Part shown: one piece after another, positions 1-14,599 of the stretch | Numbering within the stretch: the stretch's first letter is position 1 | Layout: each line of letters opens with the position of its first letter | Program-made: the position numbers and the translations under genes | NCBI RefSeq assembly: GCF_036321535.1 | Contig: NC_087436.1 | Span: forward strand, 43,216,001-43,280,000 | Length of the DNA stretch: 64,000 bases | Source: Camelus dromedarius | Taxonomy: Eukaryota | Reading direction: 5' to 3' | Notes under the pieces: model-generated | Told to the model about the DNA's origin: nothing | Databases searched by the model: none | Seen by the model: the letters and a program-made list of their open reading frames with translations, nothing else

Positions 1-568
1 CTGGAATATCTAATATTTATTGGCAGTACAAAACTTGTCTGGAGACCAACATGGATTTCAGGATACATGAAAAAGTTGCAAGGCATAACCTTGTGGCAAA
101 CAAAATCAAATCAAAAAGAAAAATCAAAGTAAAGTTAAAGTGTGGCAAATCCACGTAATTGAAGGAGAATTTGATATTAAGTTAAAAAAAAATCTCCTAA
201 TTTTGATATATCTCTGGTTAATCATTTGATATCACTGACTTAATATTTTAACTAAAATTACCTGGAATACAATTCACTCAAGCAAGTAGAGTAAGCCCTG
301 AAGATTTTATTCCAATCAATCATTTATTCAAGTTCAAGTACATTTGTAAAATGTATTTTTTTTAATAAGTGGATTTAAGATGCATGCAGATGTTCAATTC
401 ATCTGTACCTTCAGGAAGCTGGAACAGTCTTACTCCACAACTTCCATTTTATTTTTTTAAAACATTTCTTACCCCAGGGAGGGTCTTTTCAGCGATGTCC
501 TAGCAACTGTTTCAATAATATGTTATCATGGGGGCTCTTCTCAAAGCTTGGCTGCTGAGCTTTGGTCA

Positions 569-610
569 GACACACACACACACACACACACACACACCCC
601 TACACACACC
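569..610. repeat. (CA)n microsatellite
   Basis: Directly visible. Confidence 0.95.
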
Positions 611-667
611 CGCACGCTTCCTCTCGCTCTTCCTCCCTGTGGTTATTCTGACCCAAGCCATACTCAC

Positions 668-766
668 AATGTTAGTGACATCTGGAGAGGCTCCGTTCTG
701 CAGCAGAAGGAGGACAATGTTCAAGTGGCCCATGAAGGCAGCCACATGTATTGGTGTGAGGCCAGA
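668..766 (-). CDS. ANK2: ANK2 exon 13 (99 nt): [33 protein letters not shown]
   Basis: Manual translation; acceptor cag, donor gtgagt. Confidence 0.96.
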
Positions 767-930
767 CTGCGAAACAAAGCAACAGCGGTTTTACTCCCCT
801 GCACCAGTGGGGCTCTGGGGCTTCTTCAGATAAACAACACTTGAGTGAAGAGGACAGAAGATGGGCGGAAGGAAAGGGGAGAAGGAGCAAGAGCAGGAAT
901 GTTTCATGACAAGCTGAAACATTTTTCTAC

Positions 931-1029
931 CTCTGTTATAGCTTGGATTGAAGCCCCATATTTCACCAGCAGTTCCATGACTTTGATGCGGTTTTTCTTG
1001 CAGGCAATGTGCAGTGGAGTAAAACCATT
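931..1029 (-). CDS. ANK2: ANK2 exon 12 (99 nt): [33 protein letters not shown]
   Basis: Ankyrin repeat translation; acceptor cacag, donor gtagaa. Confidence 0.96.
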
Positions 1030-3223
1030 CTGTGCAAAAGACAATCAAGTTAGTCAAAAACATGCAGAAACGATTCTCACACAACTCCATGCTGGCACAT
1101 TGCAGGCAATAATGTTACATCATCACATAAGGTCACCGTTTCTTCAAACGTGGTCGGTGTTGGGTTTAGAAAGTGGTGGTGTCCTCCTGGAGGCTCTGAA
1201 CTTGGCTTATATGTGGTGGGCAGGTGTGTCATTGTTTGTGTGGTTACAGAGAAAACAAAAGGGAAGAAAAGTCCATGGGCCTACCCTTCCAAGAGAGAAA
1301 AGTGAGGCAATTATACTTTAGAAGTTCTAAAATGTTTTCAAGTAGACTGATGGGTCAGATTATAAAAGTTTGAAGATGCATCACAGATAAGCAAGTGGAT
1401 TTCTGATGATGGGCTATTTCTTAGAGCAGGAAATCATTACCTGTTTTACTTCAAAAATCTAAAGACATGACTGCCTCTATAATGAATGTTTCAGCTTAGC
1501 TAACGTTTTCCTTAGGGAAGAGGTGTTGTAAATTAATAGAAATCATTATTTATGTTGATAATTTTTTACACCCAGAAGTTATATTGTTTATATTAAAACA
1601 TTTTTAGAAGGAGTTGTTGGATATTGCTGGAAATCATTATTTATGTTGATAATATTTTATAGCCAAAAGTTATATTTCTTATATTAAAATGTATTTATGA
1701 CATACGCCAATCAGATACATTTTATTTTAAAAAGAAATGATTATTAAGTTCCTGAACAATTTTCAAGAAAAGTATGGAGGACTTCTGGAGTAACTGGAAG
1801 AAGATATCTCTTAGAAGCAAAGGAACGTGGAGAGTCTTTAAGGTACTTCCTAACTTTCTGTACTCAGCTAGCGTGCAGGAATTGGGGGAAATTACATAAA
1901 AATTTGTTAACTAACCCCATGCTTAATCCTTATGTGTTATATTTAAGCATTATATTTTTATTTGAATAATGATGTCTCTATATAGAATAGTTATGCCTAT
2001 TCTGCTAATTAACAATTTTGCATGTCTCAACAGGGACCGTTTATCAGTCAGTAGTTTTCTACACTAGCAGTTCTCAGGAAAGTACACAATTTTATTTAAC
2101 CTAATGACATCACTGTTCACAATATTTGTTAAGTAATCTCCCATTTATGAGCTAGGTAATAAGCCAGGTGTAAATAACCACATGTACATGCTGCCCTTAA
2201 AAGATCTGCAATGATTAGACTATGACATTTCACAAGCTTACTGATCACTATCCAATTGAAAGTGAGTCCTTTCCTCCTTGTAAGAAAATAAATATCCTCA
2301 CATAATGGCACATAACCCTCAAAGTATAGTTGCTTCCCAGTCAATACTGAATAAATTGATTCCAATGGAAAATTTCTAATAATAATAATATTTAATATTT
2401 GCTAATTCTAATGACATTCTCTTAAATGACTGTCCGATGACTAATTTTCACTGACATAAACCATGTAGACATAGAAGAAAGGACTGCTTTTAGTTTGAGA
2501 ATTAGGAAACAAGAGGCATCCATTAGTACAGGCCTAATTCTTCCAGTGATTATGGTTAGAACGTAAGTGAAGCGAGGCAGACTCATTTGTTATTAGACCT
2601 TGGGAGAAGCAGAGCTGCTCTATGGACAGCCTCTTGCAGATTCTCTTGAGCAATTCCTGAAATAGTCTATATAAAACCCTTCCTGAAGCAAAAAGACACT
2701 AAGCATTACTCTTCTATTAGCCTATGGTTGAGTAATCAGGTCAATAAGGAAAATCTCCAAGTGAATCTTTCACAGGCTTATATTTTACGTATCTTACGTA
2801 GTCAAATCTATTCACCACTTTAAAACCTTTTTTTCCCAAAAAAGATTAATGAAGTTCCACTTTTTTACAATTTTACTGTGACTCTATATACAAGTGTCTA
2901 GAACTTATTTTTTAATTGCCTATTTTTCACCTTCTACTTTCCATGTGAAAATGAGTACCACTCCAGAGGTTTCATAGCTATCTACAACTTGCTGGTTATG
3001 GAAATATCACCTTGGTGTTCTCTTAAATCTACCCCTGCTCACCGACATTTAATAGCAAACTGTGAAGGCATGAAGTAGGCAGGCAGCTTGTGGGAGGTGA
3101 CAAACTTAGACTTAACTACATATCTGTAACCATGCATTGCTGGTGTCTGCAACCATTGGTCAATCAATGTGGGTTTGCTTGTGTTGATCTATATTCAGTG
3201 AACGTGGACTGGGCCAGGTTTAC

Positions 3224-3421
3224 CAGGGCTCTGGCGTTCGGATTGGCTCTCTTGTCCAGAAGAAGTTTGGTTACACGGTAGTGGCCACAGTGTGCGGCAA
3301 CGTGGAGGGCCGTCAGGTAGTCCAGGGTGACATCATCAACAGGTGCCTTGTGCTGCAGCAGGTGCTTCACACATTCCATGTGGTCCCCCTGTGCAGCCAT
3401 GTGAAGTGGAGACAGCCCATT
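3224..3421 (-). CDS. ANK2: ANK2 exon 11 (198 nt): [14 protein letters not shown]...[10 protein letters not shown]
   Basis: Two ankyrin repeats within ORF 3164..3454; acceptor cacag, donor gtaaac. Confidence 0.97.
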
Positions 3422-4774
3422 CTGTGCAACAAAACAAAACCAAACCAAGTCCACATTTTAGTCATTACTTTCAGGATTCTGAAACACAACAGCCAATTCT
3501 TGATCGCTGGCACAGTTGGCAGCAGAGAAAAATAACTACCATTAGGTATCTAAATATGCAGTAGATTATGTTTGGCAGAGAAGGAAGTAAGAGAATGTTT
3601 AATTTCATAACTATGCTATTCTTGGGCAAAAATAAATTATGTCTTTCATGAATGAACACATCATGTGTGCAACAACTCCCTGGCTCTCACAATTATTAGG
3701 GAGATATTAGATGTACAAAAACAAGTAGTAGCTGATGCTTAAATGATCTGTATCTAATCCCATATATAGACATCTATATTCAATTAATCTCTCTGCATGA
3801 ATTTCTTTACTTCTAAATGGAGAGGGAGGTGGGTGCTGGAGAAGCAAGTGGGTGGGTCAGGGAAAAAAGATTTTGGTCATCCCTTAGATTCATGCTGCTT
3901 TGAAATTCTGTAACTTCTTTTTTTCTGTCATGAGACATGAATTGCACTTGGAGAAAGCACTCATGAAAGAGCTAGAAAAGTGTGAGGCAAATGGGGACCA
4001 TGTGTCAGTGACCTCCCAACTTTAAAATTTTGAGGATAATCTAAATTAACATCGATACTACCAAAAACAGCTTTAGCCTTCATCCTCAGAAGGTCAACAG
4101 CAGGAACACAAGACAGCAGGGTAACTCACTGCTAATTATTAGTCTAGGTAAAACTCTCACTTTTTAAAGATAAATAAATAATCTTATAGGGGAAAAGTAC
4201 ATAAAATTAGTAAAGAAACTTAATTAGAAAATGTTAAAGAGAGAGGATTATTGTCTTTTCTTCATAATCAATGCAAATACAGTGACAAGAAAATAACTGT
4301 TGACCAAGTATTTAGTCTGGCAGCCACTACATTTAAAGAAGCAGAAATTGTCTAAGAAGCCAGAATAGGTCCAAGGCCCAATATTTTCAACAAGGAAGGT
4401 ATTTCAACAGTATAGGAAGGACAGCTAAAAACAAATACATCAAAATCTTAATTGTGCTGGTTTGTGGATAGTAGTAGTATACATAATTTTTAAATTATTA
4501 ATATTAGTATTTTATTTTTGAAATACTCTTTATAATTATTAATTTTATATTGGTAAATTCATAAAGTGAATTTAGAAAACAGAGTCGATGAGAAGCTAGT
4601 TATGCATTATGGGGAAGATAGTACAAAGGGCAAAGTACAGGAGAAATTCAGGCCTTGGCAATGTTTGGACTGGTGTGTCACATGCTTCTCTGTCAGTCGG
4701 TTTATCAATCTTTAATGCTGTTTAATCCATTTAAAGATTATGTGAAAAATAAAAGCCTTCACCATTTAATCTTT

Positions 4775-6790
4775 TATTCATTTTTACAAATACTTACTGA
4801 GCACCTGCTGAAGCCCTGTTCGAGTACGAAGGCTACAGCAGGGACTACGACAGACAGGGAGCCCCTGTCTTCATGGAGGTTACGTCTAATGTGGTAGACA
4901 CGCAGGTCAAAAAGAATAAGAATTAAAATATACAGTACGTTAGAAGGCCATCAGTGCTCAGAAGAAAACTAAAGCACAGGATGGCCAAGGGAGTTTGTGT
5001 ATATGAGTGCAATTTTGGATAGAGTGGTCAGAAATGGCCTCACTGAGAAGGTGAGCTTTGATGAAAGACATGATGAAAATAAGAAACCTGGTCTATTGAT
5101 CTGAAGGAAGAGCTTCTGAGGTAGAGGAAAAGGTGCAAACAGGTCCACACCTGGGCACAGTCGATTCACAGTAGGAGAATGTGGCTTAAGGCAAGTAAAT
5201 GAGGAGGATTTACAAGGAGATGGATTCTGAGATGTAGGAGACCCTGCCAGTCAGCGCAGGGCCTTTGACTGTTACTCAGAGTGAGATGGGCCCTGTTGGA
5301 AAGGTTAGGACAGCAGGATTACTTGAGTTGTTGTGTTAAGAGTAGACTGATGGGGTTAAGGGAGAAGAAGGAAGGCTCATTAGCGGCCTTTTGCAGTCAT
5401 CCAGTTGGGTTGATGGTGAGCTGGACCACAGTGGTAGTAATGAGACTGCTGAGAAGCTGCCGACTTAGTGATATGTTCTGAAGGAAGAGGTGACAAGGTG
5501 TGGTGACAGGATGGAGTGAGAAAGGGAGAAAGAGGAGAGCCAAACACTGCATGATGAGAAACCGCAAGTATGGAATGGCCACTCACTGTAGAGAAGACTA
5601 CAAAGGGGTTAAGTGCAGGGGTGGGGGAAATATCTGGAGCTGAATTTTGAACTTACTAAATTTGAGATGTCCAATGGACACCCAAGCAGCAATGGTGAGC
5701 TGACACCTCAATGTAGAATTCTGGAGATGCACATTTGTGAGTCATCAGCATATAGGTAGTATCTAGAGGTGAAACTGGATATTTCTTAGTGAGTGAGCAC
5801 AGACAGAGAAAAGACACAAACACTGACCTCTGAAGGTTCTAACACTCAGAGAGCTGAGAGTGAGGAGGAGGAGCTAGGAAAGGAGACTGAGAAGTGACAG
5901 CTAGAAACACAGAAGGAAAGCCAGGAGACTGATGTCCCAGAGGGCAAATAAGGAAAGTGTCTTGAGAAGGGAGGAGTAAGCAGTTGTGCCAGATGATAGC
6001 AAGAGGGAAGAACAGACTAGGGGCTCTGATTCATGTCACTGTAGAGATACAGAGGTGGGAGCCTGTAGAAATTCTCTTCCAATTGCTTCAAACTTCTCAG
6101 TGTTGTGGGAAGTGAAGACAAGGAAACGAGTGTATGAAGTTGGAAGAAAAATGAAAAAGTATAGAACGATCAGACGGCAAGGAGTAAGAGTGAGCAGATT
6201 TGGGGAATACAGGGTATTGTTAGGCGATTTGACATTAGGGATCATGAATTTAAAGTCAGTCCGGTAGGTGTGATTGTGTGGTTTCTGCAGCTGCCTTCAG
6301 CTGCAAAAACAAGAGTTGGATTCAATCAGGGTGAAATGTAGCAAGTGTGTATGAATACATCTAGAAGTGGTATAAATACCAGTGGAATTTATGCTGGGCA
6401 GAGCTGAGGGCATAACATGAATGAGGGACAGTTTAACAATGGCTGATGGAGCCAAGAAGGGAAAACGAATTTCTGGAGTTGGGGTTCCAGAGAGAGTGAG
6501 ATGCAACATGGAAGGAGGTGGTGAGACAGTAGGGAGGTTAAAACCAGTCACTACAGAGGGTTTACAGTCACCAAACTGAGAGGCCAACTAGAAGGATCAT
6601 CTACTGCTCTTGCCAAGATTATTCAAGTCATCAAGAATTAGAACAGCGGTTGTGGAGAAGAGGCACAGTTTGCCGAGAGTTTGAATTTTCAAAGAATGAG
6701 GGAGAGCGACCACTAGATAGATGAATATTTGCTTGAAGAAGGAATAATGGATGATTCAAAATTGGGAGTTTTTATGGAGAAGGAGGGAGA
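4775..6790 (-). mobile_element. Long degraded LINE-2 fragment
   Basis: Starts with an antisense L2 3' end (ttcatttttacaaatacttactgagcacctgc) followed by a purine-rich L2-like body; boundaries approximate. Confidence 0.65.
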
Positions 6791-6879
6791 TAGTCCGGTA
6801 TTAGGTGCCTCTTCCCTTCCCAGCCTAGTAGGATCACCTCACGCCAAGCTGGTTAGTTCATTTTCCTCGTGTTCCTTAC

Positions 6880-7052
6880 CCTGCACATAGCTCTACTCTT
6901 TGTAATTATCTCCTTGTCTATCTTACCTACTTAAATTTTGAGCTTCTTGAAAATACAGACTGCAGATTATTTATCTTGAGAGTCCCTTAGTGACCAGAAC
7001 ACTGCCTGGCACATTGTAGTGACTCACTATGATAGTTGGAAGCATGAATGAA
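6880..7052 (+). mobile_element. L2 3' end
   Basis: gagcttcttga...ctgcctggcacattgtag...atgaatgaa. Confidence 0.6.
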
Positions 7053-8156
7053 TATAATCATGCAGACCTAGATGCTTTATGCTGGATCCTTATATATGAC
7101 TGACATTTGATTTTACAAGAAGGCCATTAAAAATTTCCGTCTCGGTAATCCATGGTCTTCATTAGTGATACGACAATTACTGACAAATTCTGTAGATGAG
7201 GTTATTTTATAGTTTGTGGAAGAAACTGTAGCATATCTGCCTATCTTCAGTTTGATACAGGCTTTTTATTGGTTATAACATGACTGGTCTGAAATTTTGT
7301 TATTTCCATTTAAATTTAAATCTGTTTCCTCAGCAAAACAATTATCTCTGCATTAGCCAGGACAAAACATTGCATTTTAAAGACAGAGCTCTACAACATT
7401 CACAGTATAAGTATGAGAATGAAAATAATGCAGATGATTTATTTCTCATCTTCATACATTTCTGATCTGAAGCCACCCTTTCGTGGTCTGTGGAGCCCAC
7501 CTCTAAAGACTGAGTTCATTCTATGTAAATTTTGAATGTGTGTGCTGGTTTTTGCTCCAAATGATTTCAATTAAACATTCAATTAAAATGTAATATAAGT
7601 TGAAAAATATTTGCTGTGTAGGCTGCCTTATTTTTCTCAGCTTACCCTAGTAACAGCATCAGTTGATGCAAACCATGTTCAAGGGGTGGGGAGATGAAAC
7701 AGAGAGAAAATGTAAGAAATGTCCCTTGTCTAAATGTTTGTTGTATTTAAGGATCCAAGGGTTGTTGCATTTCCCATTTCATAACTCTGTGTCATTATCT
7801 TCAATTTCTGTCTCATGATATTTTCTGGTAACCCAAAGAAAACCTCCAACATATCAGCTCATCACTTGGTTTTTATTTATATGGATAAGAGTTCTCCCCA
7901 TGGCTGGGCATATGGATGAAATGAGACAGGAAGTGTTAGATGTGCTGTGCCAGAGAGAACAATATGTTTGTTCACTGGTCCTTTGTAGATGGCCTCTCCC
8001 AACTCGTGCTTTCTAGATCACCTATAGTCCCAATTATAATCAACCAACACCAATGGTGAGTAATTCTTCTTACTAGTTTTGTCCAAGTGATAAAGATTGG
8101 AGAGTAAAAAGACTTATCTTGTATTGCTACTTGTGCTGATTTAAAAGATAATTTTA

Positions 8157-8230
8157 ACATAGAAAACAAACTTATGGTTACCAAAGGGGAAGGGGGAGGG
8201 ATAAATTAAGTGTTTGGGATTTGAATATAC

Positions 8231-8289
<59 letters not shown>

Positions 8290-8456
8290 TCTAATATATA
8301 GCACAGGAAACTATATTCAATATCTTGTAATAACCTATAATGAAAAAGAATAGGAAAAGGAATATATACGTATATATGTGTGTATATGTATAACTGAATC
8401 ACTATGCTGTACACCAGAAACTAACACAACCTTGTAAATCAGCTATACTTCAATAA
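8157..8456 (+). mobile_element. 5'-truncated L1 3' end with internal (TA)n expansion (8235-8284)
   Basis: L1 3'UTR motifs; 14-bp TSD aaaagataatttta at 8143-8156 and 8457-8470 at a TT|AAAA site. Confidence 0.85.
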
Positions 8457-8860
8457 AAAAGATAATTTTATACATATTTTATAGCCATCTCAGAGTATCA
8501 TAGAAGTGTAAACTAATAGAATGCAAGATATATTCTCATTTACATATAATATTCTTATTTACATATAATACAGTAATATTCATATTTCCATCTGCACAGA
8601 GAATAGCAGGTAAAAACATAGGAAGAATGTGAAGTTATACATTTAATACTTCTCAATGCATATTTTTTGCATTAATCAATGCATATATTTTAAATTTTTA
8701 AACAGTTTAAAAAGTTTGATATATATTACTCATTCCTAGCACACAGACATTGAGCAACTAGAATATGCTTGGCTGATGCTCTGATTCCAGGAAGAAAAGA
8801 GACTATCAAAAAGATGTCTTAAAGAGTTTGCTGGACCCTGGCTTACCCATAATGACTCAC

Positions 8861-8959
8861 CTTAGTCCTTGCCAGCAAGGGAGCACCCCGTTCCAGCAGA
8901 AGCTCTACCACTTGGTCATGTCCACTTCTTGCAGCACAATGAAGGGGTGTCAACCCATC
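8861..8959 (-). CDS. ANK2: ANK2 exon 10 (99 nt): [33 protein letters not shown]
   Basis: Manual translation; acceptor ggcag, donor gtgagt. Confidence 0.96.
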
Positions 8960-10114
8960 CTGCCAAGAGAATGAAAGAATGAGACCTGAGTTCACTTTTG
9001 ATGAAAACTAAGATTGCACCCATTGCCAATCTGAAGAGAGGGTTTCCTAAACTCAGTCATAGCAACTCAGTAGATAGGTAATAGGATTCCTATCAGTGAA
9101 ATGATAAAGAAGAGTAAGAGAGAAAACAAGACAGAGCTTGACAGAGAGCCAGAGAAAGACAGAGACAGAACAGAAGAAGCAGGGAGAGAGCAAGAGAGAT
9201 CCTATGTGTGGAGGGTCAGCATAAAAAAGACTGTGGCTCGTTATATGTTTGGCAAGCCCAAGAAGATGGAAAAGCAGAGTACGCTGCATTGTTGAACTTG
9301 AAAATCCTACTTGCCTAAAGCCACACCTAGAGATTCTATTGTTACATTATTTTCATTTTGATTGTCCTAACACAACTTCCACCTGAAAATTCTTCTTAAT
9401 CCAATTTGTCCATCTAGCTTCTCCTTTGAATTGTCACTATTTTCATAAATTCTCCTGAAGTGCTCTCTGAGGCTCATAAAAGAGAAGGGTCCTTTTTTCA
9501 TTCTTCTAAAGGTTTCCATTCATGTTTTTCATTATCATTTACAAATTACATAATTACTGCTCAAAAATGGAATCTATTATCAATAAATAGCATTAAAACA
9601 GCATCAAATAAAATTATGGCACAACTATACATTTCGTTATTTATGAAACTTTCTGACCTTGATACTTCAGGCACAGTTTCTGATTCTCGAGCAATCTCCA
9701 TATACCCTCTGTCTTTTGGATTTTATTTCTTTTTAGGGTGATATGTCCCCCAAAAAAGCACAGTGGGTGGGACATGTGAGGCAAAATATAAGAATAATGG
9801 GCAAGAAATGAAAGAGAAAATAAAATCCCAAGTTCATAAATTAACTGATGATTTCAGGCTTAAGAGAGAAAAAAAGGCTGTCACAGGGAAAGAGGTTGAG
9901 AAGGTAGGTAGCAGTAGAGAAAATGAGTGGGGATGAATAGTTAAGAGGACTTTACAAGCTTCTGATTTATCCAGATCTCTAATGGCCCATCTTTTGTGTC
10001 TCTGCTTTCAGGATCGTATCTCTGGGTCTTGCTTTCCTCCTAATACATATAATTCATCTGGATTACAATGCTCTTCCTGTTTCCACATTCTGGGATTTGT
10101 AAGCTAACTATATT

Positions 10115-10555
10115 CTATCTGCCCTTTCAGATCCATGCTCTACCCTTCTCTACTCCGTTTTGCATCCAATGGTCTGACCTCCCTAGATTGTATCACTGGG
10201 CTACCTTGCCCTCTGCTTAGGGTTGGGGTTGGCCAATGGGGTACACAGCAAGCCGTGGAAGCAACTTCTTTGAGGATCTCCTAAATCTGGCTGGGACTCT
10301 TTATCCAAGGTTAAGCTCCCTTCAAAGCAGCCTTCCCATACAATTCTCTCCTTTGAAGGGCTGATGACCTTTTCCACTTCTCATCTTGCAGGTCTAGGGT
10401 TGGTAATGAGCCTGGCTGTTACCAGCCCAGGGTTACCGCATTATCCTTTGTGCCTCCCCTTCAATCCATCCACAATGTTATAAGTAGGCCCTTTAAAAAT
10501 CTCTATTTAAATTATCAAATTTGAGCATGTCATCTGTTTTTGGCTCGAACCTTGA
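10115..10555 (+). mobile_element. ERVL LTR remnant (LTR33-like)
   Basis: Remembered similarity: ccttgccctctg..gggttggccaatggg..tttgagcatgtcatctgttt. Confidence 0.55.
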
Positions 10556-11744
10556 TGTTAATTATTCCTTGCTTTGTTAAATCTATTTAGCCAATATTAA
10601 GATATTAAATAACCAAAACAGATCGTACAGTTTTGAATACCTGAGAATTAGCATGAAAAAACTGTCTTTTTACCAAAAAAAAGATGTAACTACTGTAGTT
10701 GGGATGCTAAGTCATTGTAAAGTTTGTCAGAGAGGAGCTTAAAGGAGAAACTGTGTGGGCAAAGTGATTACAATGATTATGCTTTTGTATCTTGGTATCA
10801 GTACCCTGCGGTGGAACTATACAGCATTAGTTGCTATACCAGTTAAATAACAATTAGATAGAGCCTGATTTTTCAAATATATATTTGGTGGGGGATTCAG
10901 TGAGATCTAGAGTTGGAAAAATCCAACACAGTGAACGAAGTCATGGTGTGCAATCCGGAATCACGGGGCTCTGGGTGTGAGTTTCAGGTCAGCCTGCCCT
11001 GGCTGAATCCCTCTGATGTTCAGCTTCACAATATGTAAAATGAGGATGATTTTTCTCACCTTATTTAACTTACAGCCTTGTTTGAAAGATGAAGGGATGC
11101 TGCCTGAAGTCATTTTTAGAAAAGGCAGAGTATTGTTTTTGATGGATTACATGAACTATTCATTGAGTACTCATGGTGAAACCTCCAAAATGCTCTCAGT
11201 TCAGTAGAAAAATGTGGAGAACACTTAATAAACCCACAAGAACATCAAGGAATGATAAGGATTATATAGGTGGTTCTAAATCTTACATTTTAGTGATGCC
11301 ATTTATCTGCCCTTATAAAGGAGGTGCTAATTATATCAAATTCAAGTTGCCCAACATGCTCAGTCTGAGTAGATTTTGGGTATTTTCTACAAAGCACAGC
11401 ATCTTGTTATTTTTTTTAAACTCTTAGGGGCTATGATCTGTTCATTATCTTTTTTTTTTTATTTATTTACTTAAGTTCTTAAGAGTGTGTCTGAAGGTTA
11501 CATTTCCCCCCTCCAGGGTCCCCTTCCCTGTGTTCTCTTTTTTTCTTCACTAGAATCAGTTCAGATTACAGTGTGATGTCAATAATTCTTAAAAGGGAAG
11601 GTCAATCAACATTAGAGGAACACCATTTATATAGCTGGTAACCCACAGTAGTAGCTTCTCACCACCATTTCTCTCCTTATCTTTTCCTCTCTTCCCTCTC
11701 AGTTTAGATTATTCTTCCAGCAATGTATCCTGAAGTCAATGTGT

Positions 11745-11985
11745 TAATCTAGGCTCTGCTAATTACTAAGCTGTGCATCCTAGGTCAAGTTATATTACTC
11801 CTCTGAAGCTCATTTTGCCCACTGAGTCTCATTTCTCAGATGGTGACTTCCATATTTTCTCAACAAGAAAATAATCCACACATCATAAACTGTTAGGAAG
11901 GTGAATTAAGATGATATTCATAGAGCACTTAGCAGGCTGCCTAGAACATTTCGTGCTTATGACAATTGGTAGCCACTATTCTTAT
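11745..11985 (+). mobile_element. MIR SINE
   Basis: aatctaggctctgcta..ggtcaagttat..ctctctgaagctca..agcacttagca. Confidence 0.65.
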
Positions 11986-12989
11986 TACTTTAATTACTAC
12001 TTCTAATAACAAGTAGCAAGGGTGATCCCTTATTCTGATGCATTGTTTTTTGTTCAGCATCCTTTAATGTTTTTGTATACTTTTACTGTTTGCATTGAAA
12101 TATGGATTTCAATATTTTAACCATAATCCTTATATGAAGTATTTTCACAATTAAATAATAAATAAGTTTAAAAATAAAAAATAATAATGCCTTTAATAAA
12201 GCTTGAATTAAAAATATCATTTTTAACTAGCTATAAAGTTTATTTTTTAACACTAAAATGAAATTTTGCAGATACCAGCAAACCAGGGCTCTGGTGAAAA
12301 TGTCTCAGGGTTTCACACTAGTCTCTAGTCAATGATGAGAATGCCAATGAGATGCAGAACGTCTCAGTGATGGACACAGTGCTGGTGAAAGTAGGGAAGA
12401 AACTGGCTACGCTTTTTTTTAATTACCCCAAAGCCTCTATCTGTCTTGCTTTTCTCCAGATAATGAAAACCTTATAAGTGAGAAAAGAAGATCAAGTGAA
12501 AATTCTTGACAGAATATACCAAATTCAGAATGTTTATGGCTAATTTGTTACTAGGGGAAATTGAGACCTCTATGATTAAAAAATGAAAGAATGATATTAA
12601 TAGTATTTTAATTCCATATACAGAAGCTCTATTGTATTACATAAAGAGATAGTCAAAAACAAGGACAATTTTTTTTATTTTAAAATACATTTTCAAAGAA
12701 CAAAAGAAAAAGCAAATCATAGTGTTTCCTTTCAGCAATTAAATATGGTTCCAGCATTGGCCTCCTAATTCTAGACTACAGTCCAGGATTTCAGTAGTTA
12801 TCTCCTACTTGATTTTACTTTTGGTAAGGAGGAGATAGGACTGATAGTTATAGCCAAAATTGAAAGAACTTAACTGTTTATAAAGTCTCACTCCTTTGAA
12901 ATGAGGAAGTATTTTCATTTATGGGAGAAAGTTCAGTGCCACCTTTCAATATTGTGACTGATTCTGGGGTTTGCTAAAACCTGTTTGCA

Positions 12990-13187
12990 CAAACTAGTGA
13001 GAGTCATTTTTTTGCACATGTCTTTCCAATTCTGCATTCAGTGATACCACATTGGTAGCTCTAATTGGCCATGATGAAAGTATGGAAGTATTTACATGAT
13101 GGGAATCAGCAAAGGCAAAGGTTACAAATCAGAGCTTATATTTTATTTTTTTAAAGAGCTGATTATTAAACTTCCACCAGCACACTG
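12990..13187. mobile_element. hAT (MER63-like) remnant
   Basis: Terminal gagctgattattaaacttccaccagcacactg resembles a remembered MER63 end. Confidence 0.4.
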
Positions 13188-14599
13188 TTAACCTAATCCT
13201 TTGGGTACTGTTGATTTGCATCTCTGAGTGCAGGGATCTAGTCTATCTGGTTAACTGCTGTTATCTCTAGGGTTCATAGCACCAAACAGGAACTCAAAAA
13301 CTATTTGAGTTTTTGAATGAACAGAATGTCCACACAATGTACACAATTAGAAATCTATTTTCACTGTATAAATTCTTGAATGAAATTCAATTTATTTGCT
13401 ATATTTAAAGGCCACACTGTCCAAATAACCCCTTCAAGAAGAAAAACACAAGGCTTACATTTCATTGTTAACTTGCTCAAGGACAATTTGTTAATGGCAG
13501 AACTAGCATAAGGATCCATTTCTCTCCATTTCTTGGTACTCTTTTTATGAAAAAGCAATGCCTATTTGGAGTTAAACCTTTAAATTGAATTTGCAAATGT
13601 GTGTAGGGCATGCAAATTAGAGTATCTTTTAAAGAACAAAGCAAATATTGTAATGATCAGTAAGAACAAAACCAGTAGCCTCAATAATGAATGAATACTC
13701 CAGGAAAGCATTAATAAGAGCAATGAGCATCCATTAGACAATGGCCAAGATAAAATTTTTTGCATTTACAAAATGTTGTCTTTCCACTGGTGTTCTCAAT
13801 TATTAGAGAGTCTCAATAGAAACAGAAAGGTAAGTGTAAAGGGACACATTATGTTAGTAATGTACCTAAAGGAAGAGGTACAGAAACTCTTTCCTTCAAA
13901 CATAAAGAAAAGTAAGCAAAGCACACTGCATTATAAGTAATTTTTCCAAATTCGGCAGACCTATAGCACAGCAAGGGAAAAGGCATGCCAACAAAGCAAA
14001 GATATAAACCACATAAAACTCTGATGCAAAGACACTGGACACCACAACAAAGATCTTGACAGACAAAGCAAACCATACCAGAACTCCCACTTGATAATAT
14101 GACACAGAACCAAATGTCCTAGAGAAATGGGATTAAGAAAGCAACGTTTCCTAAGATCATTAAAAACCAAAATGAATAGTCTAGGACTGGTGTAGTTTCT
14201 AGAAACTCAATGATGATAAGGCTTATTAAACAAAATATTTGTTAGCCTCAAGTCTGCCTCAAGAATTAGATTGGATCTTTATTCCTTGGACTATGAGAAC
14301 ACAAAGTCCCAGAATTAAACAAACTGAATATGAAATATCACAAGGGACATATTCTATTTACCATCTTCCATAGACTTCTTCTGCCATGTATTTCAACATT
14401 TTATATACTAGGAATGTTTAAAGTTTTGCTCAAGTCTATGATTAATCAAATCTACTCCAGAGAACTAATACAGAAGTACTAGTTTAATTTAATGTTTAAA
14501 CAAGTAATTGCACATAATTTCAGAAAGATAATAAAAAATTATGAGTAGCTAAGTAATTTACACACCCTGCTTAAAATAAAACCAAAAACACTAAGAGCT

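Noticed and set aside
528..1321. Plus-strand ORFs 528..833, 548..844 and 845..1321
   Set aside because: Antisense shadows of ANK2 exons 12-13 plus the (CA)n tract; no independent coding evidence.
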